A stretch of 64,000 nucleotides of DNA from Phoronis australis (Eukaryota > Animalia > Phoronida). Below are positions 1 to 12,906 of the stretch, one piece after another. The first letter of the stretch is position 1. Each line of letters begins with the position of its first letter. Where the stretch lies: NCBI GenBank assembly GCA_002633005.1, contig NMRA01000006.1:2193818-2257817 (forward strand), in the 5' to 3' direction. The notes below the pieces were generated by a model, which saw only the letters and a list, made by a program, of their open reading frames with translations, was not told where the DNA came from and searched no databases. Position numbers and translations under genes: made by a program.

Positions 1-125
1 GCACAACACCGGCAGTCCAGAGTATGGGAAAGAAATAATCCAACATGATGACAACAAATTTTAGAAAATAATTTTGCCTTGCATAACCCGTTAGTTTGTC
101 CTAAAACAATGAGAACCCACAGGCA

Positions 126-198
126 TATTATTATTACTGTTATGACTATTATTATTACTATTACTGTATTACTATTACTATCATTATTGTTATTATTA
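126..198. repeat. Degenerate (TAT/TAC)n trinucleotide microsatellite
   Basis: Run tattattattactgttatgactattattattactattactg...tattattaa read directly. Confidence 0.8.
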
Positions 199-1347
199 AC
201 ACTCTGAAAAGAGCAGTATGAATATTTTAGATATTCCACAATTTTGGGAAAAAGCAGAACCTGCCGTCAAATCAGGACAAACACAAAACAGCATTTTTCA
301 TCAGTTTTTCATTCCGTGTTTAAGGGAAAAACAACCATTTTTGTAATTACCTTTAGAAAAAACGAAGATCCCTGGATATGTAGCAGATATTTTTCCGTGT
401 TACTATAGAAAGTGATCTAAATGGCCCACATCTTGGTTCTGCATTCAATTCTATTGAGCAGACATGAACCACCAATACAGACCGTGTTTAACAAGGAGAA
501 AGCCAGTATGACTCCTCAATGGAAGTGAGTGCAAAAAACCAAGATGCGGACCTCTTGCTGCATTGTTTATGGCACTTTCTATTGTTCCATGGATAGCAAA
601 TACATGACAGTTGAAGCAACACAGTAAAATGTATTTTCAAGATGTGGTCAACAGATGGTGTGCTGACAAGACTTCAATGTTTGCAACATATTTTCCACGC
701 CATATTGAGATTGACATATTCATGATTTCCAAGATTGCCAAGGATCTATATTTTTACTCAATGTACCACTTGAAGCCAGCATGCACAACACACCAATATT
801 ACAACTTCTGAAATGTAGACTTTTTACAGGTGGGTTCACCACTCATATCATCATTCTTTCGCAATATATTTCAGAGACCTTTTCCCCAAAATGGCCAATG
901 TTGGGGTATGGTAAGATCACAAGTAGAACCCATTTTACACTGTACTGCTTTGCTGTAAAATGTTCCTGTATGAAATGACTTACAGTTGTCAAAATACTGG
1001 ACAGTAAATCATTCATCTACAAAACAAATACTGACAAAGTGTACATGTTTAATGTAGGCTGGCATGATGAAATACTGAAAGATGGCTGAAGTCATGGTGA
1101 TCCAAATGTTGAACTAATATCGCCCTCAATACCGATCATCACACTCAAAGTTTTAGCACAATTGTGATCATCACATGCAAATTTTGAATAATCCAACTCC
1201 AATTTGATAATCACCTCCACATGTTTAGAGCCATCATATTTTTAAACAGTCAAAACTTGAACCATGTCCTTCATAATACCTTATTCACAAACTGGTTAAA
1301 CGCATTTTTGAATGACTTTTGCTAGTAGTAATAATGCCAACCACGAC

Positions 1348-1570
1348 AATGGTTACAAGTGTCACTTTTGACTTTGCTGGCTGTTAGAACTACCCAAAAC
1401 TTCTGTTTTTTACTAGCACTTTAGTAGCCAGACCACTTCAAAGGACAAATATATGCGTCACGAAAATCAAATTATGACAGAGAGTGAAGTACAAGTTTTG
1501 ACAGCAATTTTTGCTTAAAAGCGACTAGGGTGGTGAGGGAACAAACTGACTGTAGGCAAAAATGACCCTT
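1348..1570 (+). repeat. Dispersed repeat, copy 1 (copy 2 at ~4898-5115)
   Basis: Both copies start aatggttacaagtgtcact and share collinear blocks (tagccaga...acttcaaagga...ttgcttaa...ggcaaaa); old and diverged. Confidence 0.6.
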
Positions 1571-2094
1571 TACAGGCACTGTGTTGTGTATTAACAGACT
1601 TGGCAGTTCACGATATCATTAAAACTAGCTGACGATACAATATTTTTACGTGTCCGATAATGTGTAAGGAATGTAAGACTTGAACTTGGGAAGTCGGCAA
1701 TGTTGCCTATCTCTAAAATTTAGTACATCCTAGCCTTGAGCAAAATAATTAAATTTTTTTCACTCTCCCATTTTTTTACCACATTAACAGTATTCATTGG
1801 TAACAATCAGCTCTATGTTCATTTGTCAATCACCTGACGTAAGCTATAAATCAGTTTTCTATTTGAAACTTATTGTGTTTTAATTTTCCATCAATTTTCC
1901 AAGATGTATGTTCTTTGTCAATGAGTAATTATTCCCATAATTAAGAAAGATTATCTAATGTCTGCTAATGATTGTTCTCAGAAATGAATGTATGTCTGAA
2001 CTCATCTTATGACTTGTAAAATCAGAGTACAGTTATTTATCATATGAAATATCAATATGTAATTCTTAAACTGGCGTGGAACTGTATATATCCC

Positions 2095-2169
2095 AAACCT
2101 TTTTAAGTCTGGTCAGCACGCCACCTGGTGGGGCCACAGGTGGCATGCTGACCAGACTTAAAAATGTTT
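2095..2169. repeat. Near-perfect 75-nt palindrome/hairpin (mini foldback element)
   Basis: aaacctttttaagtctggtcagcacgccacctg ... caggtggcatgctgaccagacttaaaaatgttt; ~32-bp arms with two mismatches. Confidence 0.85.
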
Positions 2170-2903
2170 CTGTTATCATATGAAATAGTTCATCCATTCA
2201 ATGCATGGTAACTATTTTTTTTTTGATTTTCCAGATTTCACATAAGTAGAATACATGGAGAATTTTTGGGGGAGAACACCGCATTCGCTTTCACAAAACA
2301 CCAAACCAATCTCTGTGATCTAACCAGGATTAAAGTAGGTAGTGGGTAGAAACAACTGAACACTGTCAATCACAAATGTTCAGCTAAGGCCAAGAGAAGT
2401 TGTTTTCTGGTTTATGGTTAAACACTTTTGTGAATCATAGTTAGGTAATAATTTTCATAAAAATGTAAGAATTATACTGTAGAGGGCGCAAGACTGAAGA
2501 ACGTGACCATAGTGACTCAACAATTTACAGGCAGACTATGTAAAATCACTGTATTAGTCACACCTGATATGACAATCAATCAAAAATCGAGCATGGTGGC
2601 TCAAAATTTGAGCGGGGAGGTCAAATTTGAGCATGGGAGTTCGGAATTCACATTTGAATGTGATGGGCCACCGTGCTCAAAAAGCGTGGAGAGAACACTC
2701 TATAGCACATATGATCTCCTCAACAATGTCCTCAGGCAATCAGGCATGTTTACTTTAAACCCAATCTACAAAACCAAACATTAGTATAATGGACCTGAGC
2801 TGAAGACTGGAAAACAGAATTTATAATAGTGTCTAATATCTGCAGAAGATACAAAGACACTCCACCTGGAAAATAACAGAGAAAATGATAACAGTAAGCT
2901 TAC

Positions 2904-2965
2904 GATCCCAATTATAAATAAATGCTAAAAGTCAGATCCCAATTATAAGTAAATGCTCAAAGTCA
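2904..2965. repeat. 31-bp tandem duplication
   Basis: gatcccaattataa(a/g)taaatgct(a/c)aaagtca twice in tandem. Confidence 0.85.
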
Positions 2966-4897
2966 ACTTTCCATTCCATTTAACCCATGACATAACTTGC
3001 TAAACAGGTCAATTTTTTGCAGCCAACTTTAAAATGTTAAAAAAATTAAATACAAAAACAAGAACATTAATCAGAAAGCAATGACGGCCTCATATTAAAA
3101 ATTGATACACTGATAACATGAATGACATCATCAGATGCAAACACCATTAAAGCTCAATTTTCTGCTACAAAACCCATACACAATTGCTTACCAGGTCATT
3201 TAGCAGTCAAGGCTGTCACACGATGAAAAATTAAAAACTAATAAAAATCAATGTTTTATCAGAAAGCAATTTGATGGCCTCATACAAGATAATTGTATTA
3301 AAAAGCAATAAGTTTGTAACATAAATGAACTCCTTGCATGGTACTGACATAACAACCTGCAATCATACAAAACACAGGATGTATCACTGTTGCTGAGCCT
3401 TACAGGGCAAGTACAGCTCACTTATCACTTCCAGAAAGGCACTGATAGTGTGGAGCTGTATTGGGAATGTTTAACAACCTTTCTTATCTGAGCCGCATCA
3501 AGGGGTTGAACAGACAGAACACAAATTTGAGAAGGAAAATTCCTGTAAGGCCAGGCCTCAGCCAAAGAGCTTCGTCAAGGGAGATCTTCAAAAGACATGG
3601 TATTCACATTTCAAGTACTTAGACTCATCCAAAGGACTCATTCTTGCATCCACATAGTGTTTTGTGGCTATCAGTTTAACGCCCAACCCTTGATTTGAGT
3701 TTCCGTAAACCTGAGCACAGTTTGGTACGCCTGACATTCTCAGTCTTTTACAATTTCAACTCGCGATAGATTATGTTTCTTCAAGAAAAACTGGTAGAAG
3801 AAAATTCCGAGATCAAACTCTCAGTCACAAGGCATCAAAACCATTGATGGGTGCTTACAAATTATGCCAAATGTCTCAGGGACGTTTGGAATAAATAATG
3901 ACCATTTCGTAACTACCATTTCTTAACCATAAAGTCGCACTAATTTAGGACACAACTGGCAGAAATTCAGAATTTTTAAAGGTTCTCATTTTTGCATAAA
4001 TGATACCTGGGAGTAATATGAACGGTAACTAGATGATACCAAATAAGTGCTTCACCATTGTCAAGTTTTGTATCACGATAGCTACCAACCATCTAACATT
4101 TTCAAAAAAATGTCCAAAGCATTCACAAGAACGTTAGAAATAGAGGAAAATAAGTAATAGTAATGAGTAATTTAAGCAAGTGTTTTTGTCTGGAATTGGT
4201 GTATTTTACTGTACCAGGCAACGTATTGAAAGCTCTGCCAAGAAGCAATAACATTAAAATCTCTGGTAAAACATACCATAATTCAAACCCAATTTACTAA
4301 CCGCTTCAGGGACACCTGGAATAAATAACCACTACTTCCTTGCAAGAAATAAAAAGCACTGCCAAGAAGCATTGATAACATTAAAATCTCGATCAAACAG
4401 GTCATAACTTAAGCTCAGTTTTACAAAAGATGAAACTAAGTCCCACACGCACTATCTAATATAATGACATCTAGTGTTCAGTCACAGAACCAGCCTAGGG
4501 TAATTCCAGCCATATGACTTCTGGTACATAAAACAACACCCACATCAACCCAATGTAATAAGCAAAGTGTGAAGAAATAATGGACTGTAAGCCCAGAAAT
4601 ACATTTTTAACCTGAACAAGTGGAGGTCATTTTTGATAGCAAGTGGTCTACAGCAATTCTACATTTTTTATAGAAGGCAGGTGGTCACGACTTTAATCAG
4701 AAACACCTTTTCTCTGAGCATAGGTTGTGCTTTCAACCTACTAAGCCAAATAGCTCCTCAGTTACCTATGTTCGAATTAGCTGAACTGTAAATTCAAATC
4801 AGACTGGTATATACCACCATAACCTGTTCACCAATTGACTAAAACACTCAAGTGTTTTCACCAGCACTTTCACCAGTAGGTGAACGCCAGTAATGTG

Positions 4898-5115
4898 AAT
4901 GGTTACAAGTGTCACTGTTGTTGGCGCTCTGAGTTATGCCACAACTCTTGAGTTTTCTCAAGCACTGTCATAGCCAGATGGCTTACTTCAAAGGATAACC
5001 ATGGACAAGTGTAAAGGGTCTATGTTTATCAAACCTGTTTTCAAATGAATTTTCGCTTAAGAGTAATTCAGATGGGGAGGAAACAGACCAACTTTTGGCG
5101 AAAACGACTCTTTCA
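4898..5115 (+). repeat. Dispersed repeat, copy 2 (see 1348-1570)
   Basis: Shared start aatggttacaagtgtcact and collinear similarity. Confidence 0.6.
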
Positions 5116-5246
5116 CGGACGGCCCATCAGTCTGGCTTAATCTGTGCGTTTTCGCTACCATTTTGTAATCAGTGAAACTACTAGCATTTTTGCAACTCAC
5201 GTGAACCAAGTAACAGACTTGAATGCATCAAACTCTTATGCATTAA

Positions 5247-5558
5247 AGGGACATTCTCCTCAAGAAAAATAATTTAAGAAATTACATGGATTTGAATGCA
5301 TTACCTTTGCAGTAGCAGTTTTTCTAAATCCTACTGTCATGCTATACAGCAGATCATTTTTAAGCATATTCACTATAGCCTTGACTTCAGCAAATGTCTG
5401 GCAAACACCAGCAAGAATGCCCGAATTGTAATAAGATCACAAATAACAAAATTTGTCAAATTATAGCTCTGGTCAAAGCTAAAAACTTCAAGAAGTCCAT
5501 CTCATCCAACAGTGATCCAAAAATGAAATTTTTGTTCGCAAAAATCAATGATGTCCCT
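5247..5558. mobile_element. Decayed non-autonomous DNA transposon (TTAA-targeting, Kolobok-like MITE)
   Basis: ttaa|AGGGACAT ... ATGTCCCT|ttga: terminal inverted repeats flanked by TTAA and a one-base-decayed TTAA. Confidence 0.5.
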
Positions 5559-8499
5559 TTGACCACCATGACCAATAAATTAACATAAGGAGATGGACAT
5601 CAACCTGAATTATGGATTCAAGTTAATGATCAAGGGCTTGATACGGTCACCTTACACTCAATTTAGCCAAATAAATTTTGCGTTGAAGACGCACAACAAA
5701 GTATTACTAGTCACAGTTAAGCAAATCGGGTTCATTTTGGAAGTTGAAATACTGTGCCCTTGAAAGATGTATGAATTGACAGTGGGTGTATAATCGAGCA
5801 TGAGTGGGTGTAGAGCCAAACAATGACATGAACCTGGACAAGCAGGGTAATTTATGCAAGCAATTACCTCTTAGAAATTTCAGTATTGGCTGCCAGCAGA
5901 CAAAACAGTGCTAAGTGTTTTGCCCTATTTAAAAACCACAAAAGGACACTCAGGCTCAAGAATTGGATTAATCCATTACAGTATTAGTCTAACTCACAGT
6001 TGGGTTATATTAGGTCACTCTCAACTGAACCCTGTATTGATTTCCATGACTACTATAGTATACTATTGAAAACTGAAATTCTTACAAGGGACATGCCATG
6101 CCATATCAAAGGCCAAAAATCACCAACTTTAAACTGATACGTAACGCATTGGGGAATTATTATCAAACCCCAAAAATTATCTGTTTGCTACTATTGCCAT
6201 CATTATGTAAAATGTGGAACCTCAACATGCCTTAATTCATCCACGGCAGAACTAAATTATTAGCGTCGACGTCATTTCACAAATCCATTGCGGGACACTT
6301 GTTTGCTCAAAAACATGGGGTGTCGCCACAGGTAACTTGGTGATGTATAAGATGTTGGAAACAACACCGTCACTGGGGTGCACCATAACTGATAGCATGG
6401 GTACGCAACAACATGATTTGGTGCGAGTACGACTAAATGACACTAAAAGTGAAAGAGGGACAAAAAGCCTCAAAATACACTAATACAGATTAGCAAATCT
6501 TATGCGCGAAAGATTCTCAAAGCACAAGCTATCTGATCATGCCGAAGTTAATCTGACCACCTAAATTGCAAACTATCACTTAGATTATACTACCACAAGT
6601 GATCTGTGTTGTTACCCTATGTTTACGTTCCAACAATCATCCTAGAATACAAAACTGACAATAGCAAAGCAGACAAAATCCCCCAAATCAAGTGGAGGCC
6701 ATCTAACAGACTTCTACTACATCTTATTTCATTCCTGATATCAATTGGTGATAATAATGTAGAAATTTGTTCTGAACTCATTTAAACTAAACTGCATTGG
6801 AAATTCACATTCGCAAGAATTCACATAATCACAGCTGCTTTGGAGTGAAATGGTGATCAGGAGGTCAGACGAAAGTTATGGGCTATCTTGTCTACGAGTC
6901 CCAGTTAGCCTGCAACCAAAGTTGACTGGTTTCACCTTGCCACATAACATAGAATTTTTCCAGGTAGTAAATTCAAATATACGTTAGATTCTACAGTCAC
7001 AGAATCTTCAATGGTGTATGTTGCTTTTGATAAACCAAGTTTGGAACCAAATATGGGCCCCATTCCACCAAGGAAAACATTTAAAAATCACACAAAATTC
7101 GCCTCATCAGGCCCAAAACCTCCACTCAACTGTAGAGTCATTTCTGCAAAATGTTCTAGGAGTTTTGGCTACCTGAGGCATTGCTGATGTGGGGTAGTGA
7201 CCAAGGGAGGAGGATGGTGACCTGGGGGTGGGGGTGGTGTATGATTTTCCAATCAACAAAAAAAAATCTACTCTCACAGGCAACTTTTCCCTCAGGTGAG
7301 CAAGAGACTGGTAGCATAATTTAGTTCTGCAAGAGAATAATGGCTCACCTCTAATATCAAGTCCGAGAGGGCAGGAGTGATCAGTAGTGTTTTACAGTTA
7401 GCCTAAGTCTATGAGTAGCTGCAGCCTTCACAAGCAGCAACAACTGACCTGGCATGACAGAACAGGTCTTAGTGGGTGGTTCTCAACTGTTGAGGATATC
7501 TTTAACTCATTCTACACAATATACCAGGCCAGGTCCAGGTTCACCTGTCTGCTCCTTAACTGATTTGGTTGGTGAATTACTATACAACATAACTTTGTGC
7601 ACAATTTAGGAACAATAGTTGCAATAAGGAAATTTTTTTCAAGACAAGAAAGACACTGTAAGATTTAGGACAACCGATAAAACCGCATACCAACACTGCT
7701 TTTTTTTCAGGCACTGGCAGCAACCTCACCAGCCTAAGTCTGGCGATTTTATGGAATGATTAAACTAGATGATATATTCTATGCAGGGTAATGTACATCA
7801 GCCCAGCGATGGCGATTCACGAGGCCTGAATGAGGTACTAGTGTTCTCTGGCCGGTTGCTACGTCCCCGGCCTGTATGATCGCTGGTGAATTTAGAAGTT
7901 TTCAGCAATTTGGTTTTTCTCAACATACAAGTAAACACAGTGTGCCTAAGTTTTGAAGACTAACCATGATTTGAGAGTTAAGCCCAATCATAGCTAACAT
8001 GTAGCCTAAGTGTCAGCAGGCCCATAGTGGCATAGTGCTATTGTGGTTCTTTAAATTAATGTTCTTGTTTTTATAATATGTATCTCCACACAAAGTCAGG
8101 TTTCCTGTTGGAAAACTATTGCATTTTACTGGACGTGGGAGGTCAAACAGAGCTGGGATACAAAGCAGCTTCTTTCTGAGTCATTGACTACAATGAGTTT
8201 CACTGTTGGTGTTACTCAACATCAGTGTCAGTGATAAAGTTGAGAGGCTCAGAAAAGGGGGTTTGACCTAACACGCCGGCAGGCCAGGACAACGTGGAAG
8301 AAAAGCAAAGAAATTTATGAAGACATGACAATCCTATATCTTTTATTTATCACATTAGATGTACAAATGATTGATACACTGCGTCATTCCACTCCAATAC
8401 ACAAACATTCCACTCAATCCATAGGAATTCGTACAAAATTTTGGGGCATATTGACGTTTGTTTACAAACAAAAAGACTGCAAAAACCTTCAAAACTTAC

Positions 8500-8560
8500 C
8501 AAGATCAGCACCAACTTCCAACTGTAGAAGGCTATACATGTCTTCCTTCTCTCGCGACAT
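8500..8560 (-). CDS. Probable first coding exon of a gene running off the left edge; N-terminus resembles a J-domain (DnaJ) start
   Basis: ATG at 8560 reads MSREKEDMYSLLQLEVGADL, then a consensus donor G|GTAAGT (phase 1), directly below a CpG-rich promoter-like region. D-x-Y-x-L-L-x-L-x-x-G-A resembles J-domain helix I. No downstream HPD exon was found in the window. Confidence 0.55.
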
Positions 8561-8639
8561 CGTACTTTGCAATCGGACTTACTTCATTTGAGTTATTGGA
8601 CGTCAAACTGTACCCTATGTAAATTTCGAGCTCCTCGAA

Positions 8640-9010
8640 GTTACAAAATGGCGATTTTTACCACATACGATAATGGCCTCGTTCCCATAATGCACCAGCT
8701 ATGTTTACTTCAATGGACTGTCCTTTTCTTCAATCAATTAAGCTAAACACCCGCTGCGACGAGGGAGGTGATTGCGGCTGTTTTGTGTTCTTCACTGAAG
8801 CTGACCCGAGGCAACCGAAGGAACCGAGACGGACAAACCGCAATAATTGAGTTTCATTCCAGTTGTTTTTTGCTGCTTCAAAATAAAATTCTCTGCATTT
8901 CTCCTGAGCGGATCCCGGATTTATCTGCCACGCGCGTCCTGTAGCGGTGAATTTTGCCACGGCCACTGAAGAATTGCTCCACATTCCTGTGACAGTGGGC
9001 TGCAACAATG
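8640..9010. promoter_or_regulatory. CpG-rich promoter-like region with YY1 and ZNF143/Staf motifs
   Basis: CAAAATGGCG (YY1 consensus) at 8644-8653 and TTCCCATAATGCAC (ZNF143/Staf core) at 8682-8695; CpG density is visibly higher than in the flanks. Confidence 0.55.
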
Positions 9011-11777
9011 GTGCCGAAAGAAATGAAAATAAAATATTTTAAAGCGGCGATAAAACCGCGTTTTCCATCGATTGCTTTCCGAGCCCAGAAGTCGCACAAT
9101 ACGTACTTTTTTACCACTGAACACTTTCAGACCGTTTCCATAACCGTTAGATGTTAGACTATGTGGTGTACCGGTTAAGGCTAAAAATGGCAAAATAACA
9201 AAACATTGTGAAGCTGTGTGGACAGCGTTCACATATTTTTGCCGAAGCTGGAATTTGGAGGCCCGCACATCTCTTAGTGAATTCGCATGTTACAAGAAAA
9301 AATATATAGGAACTTACTTCATTATTTGGGTTTCAGTGATGACACAATTTGAACCCACATGACAAATAGGAATAAAAATCCTGTCACGTCACATTTTCAA
9401 AAACTTTGCAAACTTTGGATTAATTCGATTTAGGTAACCACAGGAGCAATTTATCACTTAAAATTGATGCAAAGCACCCGTAGTATGATTCAGAGGAGCT
9501 GAAAAAGTTTATGGTTGATCTGGTCTATAGCCAGGTAATAATTTTCGAAGTACTCAGTAATTTACTGCACTATATAAACCCGGCCTAATTACTATTTTTA
9601 GTTTCTTCGTTGGACCATTGACGTAGTTTAAAAACTTAGAACATGCAGTCTCCCAAGTAGGTATCGGCTATTCGTCCGGGGGAGCGGTAATGGTCAAAAT
9701 AGAGCAAGTTTGTCTAGGTTTTTGAAGACGTCGCCACTTTTTGTCCATATAACCATTTTGATCCGCCTCTTCAATCCATAATATAGAGCAAACTATTTCT
9801 ACCGCGTTGATCCTGATTAGGATGCATAAGTATCAAGTAATTAGAACGTAAATGGTAATTATCTTGTTACGTTATTCCTTAATCATGTACGAAAATGCTC
9901 ATAACACTCAAAATAGGACAACTAAGTAGAGCAAGTCTTACAAGAAATCACAATTATTTGTCCAAATGACCAATTTAAGGTGCTGTATCGGTCCTGATAC
10001 AGGGCTAACAGTTTCGACCTTATAAACCTGATTTGCCTGCATACTAATGCCATAATTAGCAAAAATCGTAATTATTCAATTAATTTTTTATTATTTATAT
10101 CTCTTGAATCACTTTAAATTGAAAATGAATTGTTTACATTGTTTTTTACATCTTGGAAAAAAATAACTATGACTGGAAATAATCACACGGCCTTGACCTT
10201 GAATGAACACAGCTAAAAATAAATCGACATCGAGATCTAATCTTTGGACGGAAAATGTTGAAAGTAATTTCGAGCTCGATTTCGAGTACAAACTCAAGAC
10301 ACCAGTTTCTATAATTCTGCGGTCCAGTATGTCATGGTTTATGTGGATGACTGTCATAATCCGTCCTAGTTTGTATCTACGGCAACCACAGTGTACTCAA
10401 GGAGAGAATGGTAGACACTTATTTTAGTTCGTACTAAGTATCGAACATAAAGCGAGCATATTGACCGGCATAGGAATCAAGCAAAAATCGCTACCAAGAA
10501 ATCCATGATATGTCATTGAATTGGTAATTTAGGGCCTAACAAGGACCTCATGTAAATTAGGGTTAATGGATTCGAAATTGCTTGCAGAATCGTAGAAGCA
10601 CTTCAAAATGCTTATGCGGACAAAATAATGTGATTTCTTTAAAAATTTGCACACGTTGACTATAACGGTGAAAACGCTCTAAATTCGGTGAACGCAACCT
10701 TACGGTTTTCATCATTTTTGCATGTTGTCGTCTGAATGCTTCGAGCACATTTTTAGAGGAAAAAAGTGCAATTCTCACGTTTGCCTTACATGCGTGGGAC
10801 ATAATTCATTTTGGCATTCCTTATTTTCTTCTCTCAGAAAACCAAAAACAACGAGAAATAAGAGGGATCTATAGCCCACCAGCCCCCTATGAACTCATGA
10901 AATAAGTGAGGGGGGCTGCTATAGCCCCCTATGGTACGCCGACCATGTGTCTGCCAAAAGAACTGTGACTGAGATCGAGGTGACAGCTCACTTCACACGA
11001 AGGAATGAAAATGCGGAAGCTGGATGAACTAGGCTAGCGGTTGGTCAGCTCATCTCCCAGATACCATTTGCATGTTCGGGGTGTGAATTGCTGACTAACA
11101 TATGCGCGCACCCTGGTGGGCTCGGGGGCGAATTATTGCGCAATACTATACTGGAAACTAAAAAAAATAAGTGCAAAGAAAATTAATCTTCCCAAGTTAA
11201 TGAGCAATGCCATTAATTTGATTTGAAAAAATTAATTTTTGTTGATCTCCTATTTGTGAACTTAAAACACTAATGCATATGTTATTTGAAAGTACATGTT
11301 TGGGACACTCCCTCTGACTGTCAGAATGCGAATGATTTCAGATATGCAAAATAGCTAGTGTACTTTGGTATTGAGGATCCTATAAAAGAGATTTCCCCAC
11401 TTCAAACTGCAACTAACCGAGATCGCTGAAACATGAATTCTTTCAAGATTAGCTACTAATTGTCAAAAAATCATCGATGAATCAGCTGATTTTCGTAGAT
11501 ACTTCAACAAGTAAATTGGTACCAGTTCGTTGTGTATCAAAGCACAATATTGTAAGAAATTCTCAAAAGAAATGCGTGCATATTCTTGACGGGCAACCGG
11601 GGGAACCTGGGAGCTAGGCGGGGCAATCCAAGTGTTTGTGGTCCCCCAAGCCAATTTCTCGAATTTATTCGTTTGAACGAGTAGGCCCGTTTTGGTTCAT
11701 TCCAGAGGTTGCGGTTTATGGGTTTAACTCGAAACTCCAAAAATCACTGAAATCTTCGTTTATAACTGCCAGTACAT

Positions 11778-12033
11778 CATGCGCGCACCCGAAGGGAGGG
11801 GAGGGGGGCGCTCGAATGAGCCCCCCATTTGGCGAAGTGGGCAAAAACTTAAAGATCCGCCCCTGAGAGACAAAAAGTTCGAGAAAATGGGGACAAAAGT
11901 CCACTAAATAAGCGCAAACGCGCACTTCACAGTGGTGCTCCCGTTTTTATTAGTCCGCCCGCTGTTTTGTTAGCAAAAGGTCCACGACGTCAAGAATTCG
12001 AGCCCCCCATATTGAAGGCTGGGTGCGCGCATG
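11778..12033. mobile_element. MITE with 13-bp TIRs and 5-bp flanking direct repeat
   Basis: tacat|CATGCGCGCACCC ... GGGTGCGCGCATG|tacat; G/C-run-rich interior. A related solo terminus (atgcgcgcaccc) lies at ~11102. Confidence 0.8.
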
Positions 12034-12316
12034 TACATGTACCCTCGACTGTCTTCTATGTGCGAGTGTCTACAGACAACTCATAGTCACGACAGAAATA
12101 CTATTAGTATGAAGCTACAGGAAAATGTATCGACATTTCATTGGTAAATACTTCTTTTGTGCAATTCATAAACAATGGTTCTTCAAACGTACATTCTTTC
12201 GCTAGCTGCTACTATATTTTTACAGCGTGGACCGACTGTCTTCATACCGCTGTGGTTTGCACGATTTTTCCCCGATAAATTTGGAATCGTATCTTCTTCC
12301 CCGCGTGAATTGTTAA

Positions 12317-12410
12317 CAGTGCCCGATTTATAGAGGGGCGAAGGGGTAATGGCCCCGAGCCGCCCCTCTGCTCGAGAGTATACTTCACCCCGTGTGACAT
12401 CCGGGCCAAG
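12317..12410. mobile_element. Short decayed MITE with internal GC hairpin
   Basis: Imperfect termini cagtgcccgattt / acatccgggcc; internal stem agaggggcg...cgcccctct (12332-12369). Confidence 0.4.
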
Positions 12411-12900
12411 TACCATAGACAGATATCGCAAAGCAAGATCACGCGTTTTGATGCACGGCGACATCTCAGTCTTACGTTTTTTCGTCTGCTAAAATGGCTG
12501 CACGAGTAGGAAATGTATTTGGTAAATCTCCTTGAACATGACCGTTCGCAGTGGACACTATTTATACTCCAAGTGAAGGACACATATCATCGTCGTAAAA
12601 ATGTACTTGCACAATCGTGCTATTTGGCAAACCAACTCCAACACGACCCCAGCACCAAACCTTTACCGCTCATCTTTGGTTTTAAAGCTAGAAACTGTTG
12701 ATAACACTGTATCAACCGGCGGATTTTCTTTCCTATCTTTTGAAGTCGTTGACAATTATCACCCACAGAGTAGCAATTGATTGTCACAACAGGAACTTAA
12801 CCCACGGTCTTTTAAACAGCACAGGAGGTCACACCTTTTCTCTATGCTAGTCAACAGTCACTTGTTCAGCACGTCAGTTACCACAAGAATTAAAACATAT

Positions 12901-12906
12901 TTTATT
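12901..12906 (-). terminator. Candidate polyadenylation signal of the nuclear receptor gene (~2.85-kb 3' UTR)
   Basis: AATAAA on the minus strand at the end of a long stretch that is U/G-rich in minus sense, downstream of the stop at 15756. Other signals are possible. Confidence 0.35.

Noticed and set aside
611-8300. Short ORFs of 64-93 aa in the left 8 kb, and similar short ORFs throughout the introns
   Set aside because: No recognisable domains, splice-consistent partners or coding-like composition; expected by chance in AT-rich non-coding DNA.
12332-12369. GC-rich hairpin as a possible structured ncRNA or ribozyme
   Set aside because: It sits inside MITE-like termini (gcccgattt / atccgggcc), and I found no recognisable ribozyme or ncRNA core.
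12490-12535. aaaATGGCTGC...TTTG|GTAAAT resembling a plus-strand first exon (MAARVGNVF)
   Set aside because: No compatible downstream plus-strand exons were found before the convergent receptor 3' UTR; too short to support.
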